Shown: positions 1 through 13,244, counted from the stretch's first letter. The stretch: 64,000 nucleotides of DNA from Octopus bimaculoides (GCF_001194135.2 NC_068991.1:2301405-2365404); one strand, 5' to 3'. Translations and numbers: made by a program. Notes: generated by a model from the letters alone, not told the origin.

Positions 1-27
1 TATATATATATATATGTATATATATTA

Positions 28-305
28 TTCTTTTTATTCTTTTCCTTTTCTTGTTTCAGTCATTTGACTGCGGTCATGCTGGAGTACCATCTTTAGTCGA
101 ACAAATCAATGCCAGGACTTATTCTTTGTAAGCCTAGTACTTATTCTATCGGTAACTTTTGCCGAACCGGCAAGTGACGGGGACATAAACACACCACCAT
201 CGGTTGTCAGGCGATGGTGGGTGGACAAACATAGACATACAAATACATACATACACACACATACATACATGGATACATACATGCATACATACATACGCAT
301 ATACT

Positions 306-366
<61 letters not shown>

Positions 367-530
367 GCAACGGGCTTCTTTCAGTTTCTGTCCACTAAAT
401 CCACTCACAAGACTTTGATTGGCCCGAGGCTATAGTAGAAGACACTTGCCCAAGATGCCACGCAGTGGGACTGAACCCGGAACCATGTGTTTGGGAAGCA
501 AGCTTCTTACAACACAGCCACTCCTGCGCC
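28..530 (-). mobile_element. tRNA-headed SINE, family A, full length with internal (CA)n/(TACA)n block
   Basis: Head GGCGCAGGAGTGGCTGTGT.GTAAGAAGCTTGCTTCC...GGTTCAGTCCC has A/B-box-like motifs, followed by TTGGGCAAGTGTCTTCTACTATAGCC, a microsatellite, and a tail ending GACTGAAACAAG(A-rich). Many copies in this window. Confidence 0.85.
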
Positions 531-1143
531 TATGTATATATACAGACACACACAAACACACAATCCGGGAAAGACTGGCAAGCCGAAGCTTTGAAATCAC
601 TGTCATTGCTCTTCTCGTAAATGAATAAGGAATATGCACTCTACAAAAGATATAGAGTAATTCTTTAGTTTAATGTTGAATTGCTTTTATTATAACTCGA
701 CATGAAAAACAAACAGACGTTAATATACACATACACATACATAAAAATATATACATGCATATGTATATACATTTACATTTATGCACATACACAAACAGAC
801 AGTCGCAGATATATGAGATATTTCATATGTGTATGTGTGTGTGTGAGAGAGAGAGAGTTAGAGCACATTCGCGTGGGCGTATATGTGCGTGTGTGTGTGT
901 GTGTGCGTGCAGAGTAAATGGTATTATGAAACCGGGAAAATGTCGAAATCAGGCAAAATAAATAAACTGAGTGTTGGAGTTAATCGATAATCCGAGAAGA
1001 CGTCAGCTAATAGCTTCCATTTTGTTGTTTTGTTTGGTAGTTGTATGGTTCCTGGGGCTAATCTGAAAGTCTTAAAGAATAATATAGAATTATATCTGCG
1101 ATTAGTATTCAATAATTACAAGTCCTCCGCTCAGAGAAAAATA

Positions 1144-1222
<79 letters not shown>

Positions 1223-1958
1223 ACATATATATATATATATGTATATTATATATATACATATAATGCATATGTGTGTGTGTGTGTGTGTGTGCATTTCCTT
1301 ATATCTATGTGTCTATATGCGTATATATATGTATATATTATATGTTTTTTTTGGCTAATTCATTGTCAAGTAGCTCTGTATAAATTTGTTATTAATCAAT
1401 ACATTTTGGAAGTTAATTATGAATATTTATGGACGAATTATATTTCGTTGCCTTATTTCGATAAACGTACACATTTTGGTATATTTTCTTCACTAGTAAT
1501 TCACTGAATATTGCAGTATTTATTTGGCGAGCAATAAAACTTGCTTAAAGCTACATATGGTATCGCAAGTGATTTTGAGTGGGTGTAATTTTGTTATCGT
1601 TCCGTAATTATATACTCTTAGCCAAGTGGCACAAATATGTTTTTTTCTGAGAAAATAATAAAAAGTAGAAGCTATGTGTTACGGACATATACCTCAAAGG
1701 CACCTTTCAAACGTATGTAAATATAAGAATCTATATTTCTAAAACTACATACAGCTTTTTAAATACCGTTGTCTGTGCGTATACACACAGCAGCCTCTCG
1801 CCAATTATATATCTACACGTGGTAGTGTTTGTAATTTTGTTTGTGTTATGTGTGTGTTGCGTATTGTGTATATCAGTAAATAAACATACAGAGAGAAGGG
1901 CAATAGTATATTGGTACACGAGAGTAAAGACAATAAAACCGCTATACAAATGCTTATG

Positions 1959-2012
<54 letters not shown>

Positions 2013-2313
2013 GTCTGTCTGTCTGTCTGTCTGTCTGTATGCCTTATCTATCTATTATGCATATATATATATATATATATATATNNNNNNNNNNNNNNNN
2101 NNNNNNNNNNNNNNNNNNNNNNNNNNNNNNNNNNNNNNNNNNNNNNNNNNNNNNNNNNNNNNNNNNNNNNNNNNNNNNNNNNNNNNNNNNNNNNNNNNNN
2201 NNNNNNNNNNNNNNNNNNNNNNNNNNNNNNNNNNNNNNNNNNNNNNNNNNNNNNNNNNNNNNNNNNNNNNNNNNNNNNNNNNNNNNNNNNNNNNNNNNNN
2301 NNNNNNNNNNNNN

Positions 2314-2354
<41 letters not shown>

Positions 2355-2369
2355 GGAATAAAATTTCTT

Positions 2370-3110
2370 TCAAAGCCGTAATTTTGATGATCCGATTGTG
2401 GTACGGGTTTAATTTTCAATTAACTGCTTCTCATTGTTGCCTTTTAAAGTTTATTTTGAGTCCATAGAGTTTCTAAATCCATTAACATTTCAAAACATTC
2501 CTGACCTTATCTTCTGAATGGAAATGATGATGGTGATGGTACGTTGCACCGCGTTTTGTATTTAGCAGCAAGAGCTTATAGTAACAATAGTGTGACTCCT
2601 AAAATAATCATCGTCGGATTACAGAATTGTTCAAAGGTTATCTCTCAGCTATTTTCATCATTCATTTCATGTGTGCTTCATGCGTTTGTTTAGTTTTCGC
2701 GTGTATTTTGTTATGAATAAACTTTCAAGAGTTAATTTTCCAGTCCACTTTGTGTACAATTCCACATAGGCTAGTAGTGTTATCGACTAATAGTCTCTTA
2801 TCTACTTGTTTCGTGTGCTGTAATATAATGTGTTGTAATGGGTCCTTGTCGTAAATGTTTTGCTATCATCGAGAAAATATTTCACTTGTTTGTCTAATGT
2901 AATAATTTGATTGAAAACTTTTACAACTTTCATGTTGCTTACATTGAAATTCGTCGTATATTATATTGATTCTCCAAAGTATAGTTTGTGGTCTGCATGT
3001 CTGCTGTTTCGTGTTGAAGGGAGAGTTTTTCATGCGGGTGTTTTCGTAGAAATATCTAACTGTTAGTTGTGATTAGGTGAGATACATATGTTCTGTTTTA
3101 TGAAAAGATA
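2370..3110 (-). mobile_element. Possible highly degenerate Penelope-like relic
   Basis: Frameshifted minus-strand pieces (QNTRKLNKRMKH; KLYGLKINFKRQQ*EA...KLNP) loosely resemble a PLE GIY-YIG C-terminus. Many stop codons. Confidence 0.25.
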
Positions 3111-4319
3111 AGGTCGAAAAAGGTCGTGGAAACATTTATGGACGAAGACAAGTTATTTTACCAAGCTATGAATTAAAGGGTGGTAGACAAAATATAAAAA
3201 AAGTCGATTTAACAAAAAAACTTTAACTGAAACACTTAATGCCTTCAATAGAACACGCCCTCAATCACCCTCACCACCATTACACACACGCGCGCGCACG
3301 CACACTCAGACACACACATATATTGTATAATATATGTATATAGATAGATATATAAACAGTAATTTCAGATACACATTTATATGTATGCATATATATATAT
3401 GTATGTATATATATCATATATATATGTATCTCTTCCACTTACACCGGCATGGTCACATGCTTCCGGTCAATAATCCTTTTCTTCCTTGGCTATCGCCGAG
3501 CAAACACGCGAACTACTTCGTCCTTACTTTTCAAGTTCGTGCCTCACAGCGTTCATACACACATAATTTTTCTCGTCTGGCTGTAAAGCCTTTTCTGTTT
3601 GTTTTCCTGTCTTGTTTTTTGTCCGCCACTACATTTCTCCATGGCAAGATTTAATTTGTGTATACAAATTTAATTTGCGGTCCATGGGANNNNNNNNNNN
3701 NNNNNNNNNNNNNNNNNNNNNNNNNNNNNNNNNNNNNNNNNNNNNNNNNNNNNNNNNNNNNNNNNNNNNNNNNNNNNNNNNNNNNNNNNNNNNNNNNNNN
3801 NNNNNNNNNNNNNNNNNNNNNNNNNNNNNNNNNNNNNNNNNNNNNNNNNNNNNNNNNNNNNNNNNNNNNNNNNNNNNNNNNNNNNNNNNNNNNNNNNNNN
3901 NNNNNNNNNNNNNNNNNNNNNNNNNNNNNNNNNNNNNNNNNNNNNNNNNNNNNNNNNNNNNNNNNNNNNNNNNNNNNNNNNNNNNNNNNNNNNNNNNNNN
4001 NNNNNNNNNNNNNNNNNNNNNNNNNNNNNNNNNNNNNNNNNNNNNNNNNNNNNNNNNNNNNNNNNNNNNNNNNNNNNNNNNNNNNNNNNNNNNNNNNNNN
4101 NNNNNNNNNNNNNNNNNNNNNNNNNNNNNNNNNNNNNNNNNNNNNNNNNNNNNNNNNNNNNNNNNNNNNNNNNNNNNNNNNNNNNNNNNNNNNNNNNNNN
4201 NNNNNNNNNNNNNNNNNNNNNNNNNNNNNNNNNNNNNNNNNNNNNNNNNNNNNNNNNNNNNNNNNNNNNNNNNNNNNNNNNNNNNNNNNNNNNNNNNNNN
4301 NNNNNNNNNNNNNNNNNNN

Positions 4320-4386
<67 letters not shown>

Positions 4387-4814
4387 GGGAGAGAAGGAGG
4401 GAAAGCGAGTGGAAGAGTGACAGGCAGGTAGTTATATCGAGAATCGGATGGAGGTAACCATTAATAACTCTATAGAAAGAGAGATAAATATACGGACAGA
4501 CAGAATGAGAAAATAAGACGATATTTATTTTGTCTGAGGTTTTCAGCAATGATTATACAAAATATCTGCATTGTTTTTACAAGGAAACATCACAATGGAA
4601 TGTTGGCATGCAACCGAAGCTCTTCAAAGTAAGTGTAGAGTCTTTTTGTCACATAAGAAATTAACTTGACTGAATGTACGGAACTAAATTGATATGTCGG
4701 CTGTCTGTGAGGTTGACACATCGAATGCCGTGTTTAACAATCAGCTGTGTAGCCCTGGGCTACATTGATACACAATCAATGGTCAGTGAATGATGTTTCT
4801 GCATAAGAACTTAC

Positions 4815-4967
4815 CTGATCCGCTTGTGTGATCACTGAATGGTCCTGTTTTTTCAGTTGGTGTAGATCCTAAATGGCGGACCCACTTCAGTTCTTTGTTA
4901 GATTGGGAGTTTCGCCAGCAGCAGAAGTCTTCCTCGAATGAACAGAGGGCACATCTCGGGAGATCGT
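4815..4967 (-). CDS. Internal coding exon C (153 nt, phase 1 to phase 1); N-terminal part of a canonical MAM domain
   Basis: Acceptor tctcacgttacag|AC and donor TCAG|gtaagt. Encodes DLPRCALCSFEEDFCCWRNSQSNKELKWVRHLGSTPTEKTGPFSDHTSGS(G), matching the MAM signature C-x-FE...C-x-W...W-x-R..G-x-TP..TGP..DHT.G.G. Confidence 0.92.
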
Positions 4968-4981
4968 CTGTAACGTGAGAT

Positions 4982-5193
4982 TAATAATAGTTTTAATTTT
5001 GACACACAAGGCCAGCAATACATAGGAGAGATAAATCGATTACATCGACCCCTGTGCATAACAGGTACTTATTTAATCGACTCGAAAAGGATGAAAGGTA
5101 AAGTCAACCTCGGCGGAATTTGAACTCAGAACGTAAAGGGGGACAAAATGCATTTCACCCGGTGTGCTAACGGTTCTGCCAGATCGCCGTCTT
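4982..5193 (-). mobile_element. SINE family B copy abutting the acceptor of MAM exon C
   Basis: Collinear with 36745-36970. Confidence 0.85.
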
Positions 5194-5883
5194 ACGGCGA
5201 TACTTATTATCTCAACTAAGGATAGCATTAAATCTAGAGGAATTCTTTCTAAGGAATCTCTCTGCAGGTAACCTTTCTGTCTATAATAGATTTTAATCCA
5301 ACATTGCAAGCCATGAAATAATTCTTCAATTATTCTCGTGTGATTGCAGTAAAAAGCAAGATTGCCTATTTAGAACTTGAGACGAAAAAAAAAAAAAAGA
5401 GAGGAGACCGCAGAGTGATCGCTCAAACTGCTTGCAATAGCAGCTAATTCTTCTTCAAATCAACCCCTTTTATGTTAAGCATAGTCAGATAAACGGGGAG
5501 TCCTAGCTTGTCTGAAAATAAAACGGAAGGTCCATGGCTTAAATGCTTTGTGGACCGAAGGTGAGCTCATCTAGTGCGGACTTGGAGCTCATTTAGTGCG
5601 GACTTGGAGCCGAACAACAACAACAGCTCACTTTGCTGTTACAATGTACTTCCTCGCATTGTTGTAACTTTCTAATGTTGCCACCACCCCACCACGCTGG
5701 CTAAGAGGGCAAGACAATATTCGGAATGCTAGTCCGTCACAGGGTTATCCGTTTACAGCTGAGTGGACTGGGGCAATGGGAAATAAAATGTTTCGTTTTA
5801 GAACATATTGCACCGCCGGCCTGGGTATCGAAATCACGATCTTGCGATTATGAATGCAATACTCTAACCACTAGACACACGCC

Positions 5884-5925
<42 letters not shown>

Positions 5926-6020
5926 GATTTATATTTGCGTGTTTGTGCGTGTGTGTATGTATATAAGTATTCAAGGAACAAATTACATATTAATAAAACG
6001 AGGTGAGTACAACAGTTTTA

Positions 6021-6576
6021 TACGAAGTCTGCTTAAAAAAATATCGGGATTAGCATTATAGGAAGAAAGCTATAACATATTTGAAATCGCCAGTTAATCC
6101 CCGTCGAAGTAATCTCCTTCGAAAGCCGCACATTTTATGCAGCGTCGTTTCCACTGATGGAAACATTCATGAAACTCCTTTCTGTGTATAGCAAGTCGAA
6201 TTCTCTAAGATTTCCTGAGCGTCTTGAAATCTTCTTGGGGTCTTCCACTTCAAAAACTGAACCTTGATTTCGGGGTCATAGTTATAGACTCATAATTCGT
6301 CACCTGTTATTACCGTTTTCAAAGAAAATGCTCGTCTTCCTCGATACAACCAAAGAGGTCCTGCGCAGCTGAAATCCGATCTTCTGTTCAATTTTCCCTG
6401 CCATGGTCACTCTGGGGGTGTGATGAGACGACCATACTCTACACACTTTACCTCCAAGCACTGCTACAAGCAACATAACGTTATAACTCATTGTGCGTGC
6501 GCGACAAAGTTCAAGGTCAATCTGTGCCGAGCAGCTTCACTCTGCATACTTTAGCTCTGTTACCATAGCAACAGTC

Positions 6577-6585
<9 letters not shown>
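6021..6585 (-). mobile_element. Internally deleted mariner element
   Basis: Three joined transposase pieces: MAGKIEQKIGFQL (N-terminus), FLKTVITGDEL*VYNYDPEIK (first catalytic D motif) and KEFHECFHQWKRRCIKCAAFEGDYFDGD* (C-terminus). Ends share ATATC(G/A)GGA as inverted repeats, with TA at the left end. Confidence 0.85.
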
Positions 6586-6612
<27 letters not shown>

Positions 6613-7559
6613 NNNNNNNNNNNNNNNNNNNNNNNNNNNNNNNNNNNNNNNNNTGTATGTATGTATTATCAGACCTCGTATTTATGGTTCGTGTACCTAT
6701 GATTAGAAAACTTCTACGGAAATATTTCTTCTCAAGGAAGTAAATTAAAATAAAAAGGACTAACAGTATTACACGTGGGAATATGGAACAACGTGACCGA
6801 ACATAATATCAATGTAACCGCCGTACAATCGACTTTCCTTTTCGACAACAATAACAACAGCAACAACAGCAACAAAACTTACCACATCCTGTTTCATCTT
6901 CTCTTAGAGTCTCACAGTTCTGTTCAATGTCGCATTTTTGGTCGCGAGAAATACAAGTGAGATCGTTGCAAGAAACTTCGTAAAGCGGACAGAAAAGAGT
7001 CTCTGAAATGATTTCAAAAAGACACACTCAAGAAAATTAGAAGATGAGACTCAAACCATAGACATTTATCGAGTTCTTTTGGTTTTTATGAGATGAGAGA
7101 AACAATGTGACAGTGATGACAATTGAAAAAGTGGAGCGCCGGAAATGAGGAAGGGCCAGACATGGTGGCGTGTCTGAAACAGAGGCTTGCATGAAACAGT
7201 GGAATGCAGTACGAAATCCTGTGAACATTTAGTTGCTACGCGAGTTCAATCCCCACAAAGGTTTCTATTTGTTAAAAAAAGCCACTATTATTGTCATACT
7301 GTTGTCGACAGTAGATCATTAAAGATGCTTCTTTGCAATACTATGATGGTGATCCAGTCTGAGAAACAACAACAACAACAACAACAACAACGGTTTCAAA
7401 TTTTGGCTTAAGGCCAGCATGATTGACCCCCCCCCCAGTGCTCAACTGGTACTTATATTATTGACTCCGAAAGAATGAAAGGCAAAGTTGATCTGGGAAG
7501 AATTTCATAATAATAAAAAAAGAAATGATAATGGTAATAATAGTAGGGGTTTTCGGGAG

Positions 7560-7830
7560 ACATTATTAAAGGGGCAAGCTTAGGCACGTTTTTGTAAAGG
7601 CCTTAGTTTGGATATCACTAGATTCGATCCCGTTGCGCTGTGCTTTGTGGATATCTGTTCCACTCTAGCCTCGAGTTAGCCAATGGTCTGTGAACAGTAT
7701 TAAGTAGGCGGAAAGTGTAGATGGAAGGCTATCTTATACATAAACATACATGCATTGATACATACATATATGTATATACATACATGTGTACACACACACA
7801 TTCATACACATATACATATGTATGTGTGTG

Positions 7831-7862
<32 letters not shown>

Positions 7863-8145
7863 CATATACACATATGCACATATATACATATATCTATTTG
7901 TATATATATGCACATACAAGGAGCATCTTTTACTTTATCTGTAGATTATATCTATGTGAATTTCTTTGTGCCTGTATTTACCCCCACCGCTTGAAAACCG
8001 TTTTGGGTTTGTTTACAGCCTCTAACTTAACGGTTTCGATCAAAGAGGCCGGTAGAATAAGTACGAGGCTTGAAAAACGGAACTCGGATCGACAATTCGA
8101 CGAGAAATTCATCAAGGTAGTGTCCCAGCATGGCCGCAGTCTAAT
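7560..8145 (+). mobile_element. SINE family A, degenerate, with expanded internal microsatellite
   Basis: Head-like 7560-7720 and tail-like 7970-8145 segments flank (TA/CA)n. Confidence 0.65.
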
Positions 8146-8307
8146 GACAGAATGTACGTGTGCGTGCGCGCGCGCGCGTGTATGTGTGTGTGTATTATTT
8201 TATATTGTATAAATAGAGTGTATGTGCGTATACAGTCGGTAGACAATGATATGATTCACTTTCAAGTGTTAGTTCGATGACTTATATTACAAAGCAGATA
8301 TAATAGG

Positions 8308-8347
<40 letters not shown>

Positions 8348-8857
8348 TGTATGTATGTATATACACATGCATATACATACTGACGCATACATAAACACAT
8401 AGACACATTCATGTGCACTCGCAGACATATATGTGCTTGCGTTCAACAAATTTGAGAATAAATTGACTAGAAAAGCACAATACGGACGTTTACAGAAAAA
8501 TATTGTATTATACAAATCCCCAACAATCGAGAGAGCTATTAACAGGAAGTGATGTCATAAGATGTAAGGGCCTGTTAATCAGCGTATGACTTAATAGGAG
8601 TTACAAAGGTCTTCAGAGCCATCAGCTTCAAGGCATTTGACCGGTCACAATATGGCGCCAACAGCGCTTTATATCTAATCGTCTGCTGCTTCATAAAATA
8701 GTCGTCTGCTCTTTCATAAATGATTGGAGATAGTTGAAATTTGGAACAATTTTGTTAGAGAAGATGAAAGTCACTTAAATCGGACCTTTTTTTTTTGTTT
8801 CATTTATAATCAGCTCTTTTAATTATTCATTTATTTATTTATTTATTTATATATTTA

Positions 8858-8906
<49 letters not shown>

Positions 8907-9001
8907 CTGAGGTTCCTCGTTGGTGCCTGATGTTTGGGATTAAATTCTTTTCACATTTCATATCATTGTTGTTACTGTTTTGTTGTTTTGGTGTTGTTGT
9001 A

Positions 9002-9038
<37 letters not shown>

Positions 9039-9713
9039 TATTGGTTTTTACTGGCGTCGATTATTTGCTAGAACAACGTTCTCGTAATTATGGTTTCGAA
9101 AGTGAATAGAAGAGGATTGACCATTCTGATATCTGAATTCAATAAACTCAGCGTTATTATTTAAATGGCGTTTTCCACATTTCAATATCAACGTTGTAAC
9201 AAGGGCTGCGGGCCCAAGTTCTAACGCTGCCGTTGCAACATGGCATGCCAAAACGTGTCAGCGTCGTTGGTAGAAATGCATACACATACACACACATAGT
9301 CACACACACACACACACTCACACCCACCNNNNNNNNNNNNNNNNNNNNNNNNNNNNNNNNNNNNNNNNNNNACACACACATACATGTATATCTTTTATCA
9401 TTTTACTTGTTTCAGTCATTAGACTGCGGCCATGCTGGAGTACCGACTTGAGGAATTTTGTCACATGAACCGGTCCCAGTAGTTTTTTAAGGCCTGGTAC
9501 TTATTCTGTTGTTCTCTTTTACCGAAACGCTAATTTACGTAAACATACCAACACCGGTTGTGAAGCGGTTGTGGAGGGCAAGTACAGACAGAAAGACATA
9601 CACACAAATGTGTAAATACATTCGACTAAATTCCTTCAAGGCAGTGCCTCAGCATGGCCGCACTCTAATGACTGAAACAAGAACTTTTCTTAAGAACTGA
9701 AGAGTGTACTTAC

Positions 9714-9841
9714 CATCGGAGCAGCTGTCGAAAGCCACGAAATTAAATATTGCATAAGGACTAGTGCTATTCGTCACAGAAATTTGAAATCCGATTCTGA
9801 ATGCATCTTTCATCTCACCGATTACCACTGTGTTGTTGAAC
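9714..9841 (-). CDS. Internal coding exon B (128 nt, phase 2 to phase 1); C-terminal part of the divergent MAM domain
   Basis: Acceptor tatctctatgtttctag|G and donor GATG|gtaagt. Encodes FNNTVVIGEMKDAFRIGFQISVTNSTSPYAIFNFVAFDSCSD, matching the MAM C-terminal F-I-F...A-...-C pattern. Joins exons A and C in frame. Confidence 0.8.
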
Positions 9842-9907
9842 CTAGAAACATAGAGATAAGACATGTTTAGATATGCATACACATACATACATACATACAT
9901 ACATACA

Positions 9908-9940
<33 letters not shown>

Positions 9941-9974
9941 GCATGCATACATACAAACAAACAAAAATACCCTG

Positions 9975-10141
9975 TTGTTGATGTTGAAATTCCAATGAAG
10001 GAGCCTTGGATCTAGGTTAGAAGCCGTGGAACTTTAGGTGTTTTCGCTCAATAAACAATCACAACGCTCGGTCTGGGAATCGAAACCGCGATCCTACGAC
10101 CGCGAGTCTGCTGCCCTAATCACTCGGCCATTGCGCTTCCA
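9975..10141 (-). mobile_element. tRNA-headed SINE, family C
   Basis: GTGGAAGCGCAATGGCCGAGTGATTAGGGCAGCAGACTCGCGGTCGTAGGATCGCGGTTTCGATTCCC has a clear A box and B box. Related heads lie near 5700-5880 (-), 18795-18975 (+) and 29365-29540 (-). Confidence 0.75.
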
Positions 10142-11502
10142 CACACACACACACACACACACACATAGACAGACAGTCAACGAGATGAGACCTTACGCAG
10201 AAGCTGTCGTCTAATTGGCTTTTTGATGAACCAGCGCTTACACTGGTGACACGGAAAGACCTCGACAGTAGCAGTCATATAGGAAAGAAGAACAAAAATA
10301 CTGCACACCATCACCAATTAGAACCCTAACATGCAGTAACACAGTTTGCCATTGCTCCATTTACAGAAATATTTAAAGTATTTATATCATCAATACCCCT
10401 AAACCATACTCTATCATACAACCATTATCACAACCGTCAGCACAAAAGCAATTTCTCCCAAAATACTGCAACATTACACAACGGAAGTTTATTTCCGTTG
10501 TTATGAAGTGAAAACCAACACAAAGTTCATGGCATTGCAATGGGCTCCCCACTCCGACCACGCTTTGCTACTTTTTAAATGTTCAACTTTAGATGTAAAT
10601 TTCATAGTGAAATACCAAAGCAACCGACTGCTTACGTCGATATGTATTTGACATCTTCCTGGTTACTAAACACCAACCGGAAGCGATCACATCGTAAGAG
10701 GACAAAGGGAAAACATTCACCTGTCTTAAATAAATCTGTCACAAAAATATAAAAACAACACACGCACACAGACAAACACACACACACACACACACACACA
10801 TAAACACACACACACGCACACACACACACACACACACACCACACACACACCACACACACACTTTTCTACATACGATCACACATTCGTACACAGAAGAAGA
10901 AAGATAAGCCTTGAAGCGCCACCGAAAACAACACATGCAGTTCAGCGCACACGTGTTAACACAGATCAAGACTCGTGTACAACACACATTCGATGCACGT
11001 GAAACGAAATACAAGCGCATACATGTAAGTGAGAGGTGGCATACACACACAATCATGCAAATACACGTCATTAGTACCATACGTACACATGTATACAGGA
11101 ACACAAAAACGCGCGCACACGTACACATATACACGCATGTCTTAGGCCGAACCACTAAGTTACGGGGACGTAAAAACACCAAGCGATGGTGAGAGGACAA
11201 ACACAGACACAAGTACATACACACACATACACACACACACATATATTCGCATAAACATATGTGTGAGTGTGCATGCATATGCGTGTGCGCACACAGTACA
11301 GCGCGCACGCATCCATATATCCATCTAGATAAACTCGTATGTTTGAACAACAATATAAATTTTAGGCTCACTCAACATAGACGCAATATTATAAAAACAC
11401 ACACATTCTCATACCCACACCCACACCCACACNNNNNNNNNNNNNNNNNNNNNNNNNNNNNNNNNNNNNNNNNNNNNNNNNNNNNNNNNNNNNNNNNNNN
11501 NN

Positions 11503-11550
<48 letters not shown>

Positions 11551-12294
11551 TTGTATACATACGCGCGCGCACACACACACATACACACACACACATATAT
11601 TCGCATAAACATATGTGTGAGTGTGCATGCATATGCGTGTGCGCACACAGTACAGCGCGCACGCATCCATATATCCATCTAGATAAACTCGTATGTTTGA
11701 ACAACAATATAAATTTTAGGCTCACTCAACATAGACGCAATATTATAAAAACACACACATTCTCATACCCACACCCACACCCACACACAAATAGATACAT
11801 ACAAACTCACAGACAACCAGAGACAATCAACCACGTTGATATTTTCACGCAAAAACACAAAATTCTAAACCAAATGCCAAAAGAACTATTAAAATTGTCT
11901 TTCACATTAATAAATAATGAACGAAAACCAATTAAAAATGAAAAAAAAAAAAGAATACAAATTATTTCCTTAAACAAGCTTTAAAATTCTCTCCACAAAA
12001 ATTCTTCCTAATTACTAAGGCAATTAAACAAACACTTAAAATGGCATTTAGCCCTGCAATACTAATCGATAAAGTCATTAAACAGTGCATGTATGTCGAG
12101 TATATATGCATTGTGTAATATGACTGTCAAACAGTATGTGACATGAAAATACGATGCACACAGGAATACACTAACACACACACACGCACACACATACATA
12201 CATTTATACGTGTATGTCGAAGAGCGTAGGCGAAGCGTCTTTTGTTTTTTGTAAATTCTCACTATATATTATATGTATATGTGTTTGTATCTAT

Positions 12295-12384
<90 letters not shown>

Positions 12385-13244
12385 NNNNNNNNNNNNNNNN
12401 NNNNNNNNNNNNNNNNNNNNNNNNNNNNNNNNNNNNNNNNNNNNNNNNNNNNNNNNNNNNNNNNNNNNNNNNNNNNNNNNNNNNNNNNNNNNNNNNNNNN
12501 NNNNNNNNNNNNNNNNNNNNNNNNNNNNNNNNNNNNNNNNNNNNNNNNNNNNNNNNNNNNNNNNNNNNNNNNNNNNNNNNNNNNNNNNNNNNNNNNNNNN
12601 NNNNNNNNNNNNNNNNNNNNNNNNNNNNNNNNNNNNNNNNNNNNNNNNNNNNNNNNNNNNNNNNNNNNNNNNNNNNNNNNNNNNNNNNNNNNNNNNNNNN
12701 NNNNNNNNNNNNNNNNNNNNNNNNNNNNNNNNNNNNNNNNNNNNNNNNNNNNNNNNNNNNNNNNNNNNNNNNNNNNNNNNNNNNNNNNNNNNNNNNNNNN
12801 NNNNNNNNNNNNNNNNNNNNNNNNNNNNNNNNNNNNNNNNNNNNNNNNNNNNNNNNNNNNNNNNNNNNNNNNNNNNNNNNNNNNNNNNNNNNNNNNNNNN
12901 NNNNNNNNNNNNNNNNNNNNNNNNNNNNNNNNNNNNNNNNNNNNNNNNNNNNNNNNNNNNNNNNNNNNNNNNNNNNNNNNNNNNNNNNNNNNNNNNNNNN
13001 NNNNNNNNNNNNNNNNNNNNNNNNNNNNNNNNNNNNNNNNNNNNNNNNNNNNNNNNNNNNNNNNNNNNNNNNNNNNNNNNNNNNNNNNNNNNNATACCAA
13101 AAAGATTTTATAACATTTTTCTGACATAATTTAAATATATACTTTAACCATGTAACACAAGCCTTCTGTAGTTTTTTCACTCTTATTATCTTATCTTATA
13201 TATATATATATATACATATATAAAATCCATTGTAATAATTACAT

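Noticed and set aside
10070-10141. tRNA-like sequence with A and B boxes
   Set aside because: No complete acceptor stem; it continues into a repeat body, so it is a SINE head.
10650-10735. Minus-strand segment ending AC|gtaagc, phase-compatible with exon B
   Set aside because: Weak acceptor and no MAM similarity; exon A explains the junction better.
11200-11790. ~230-bp exact direct duplication
   Set aside because: The copies flank a small N gap, typical of unmerged contig overlap.
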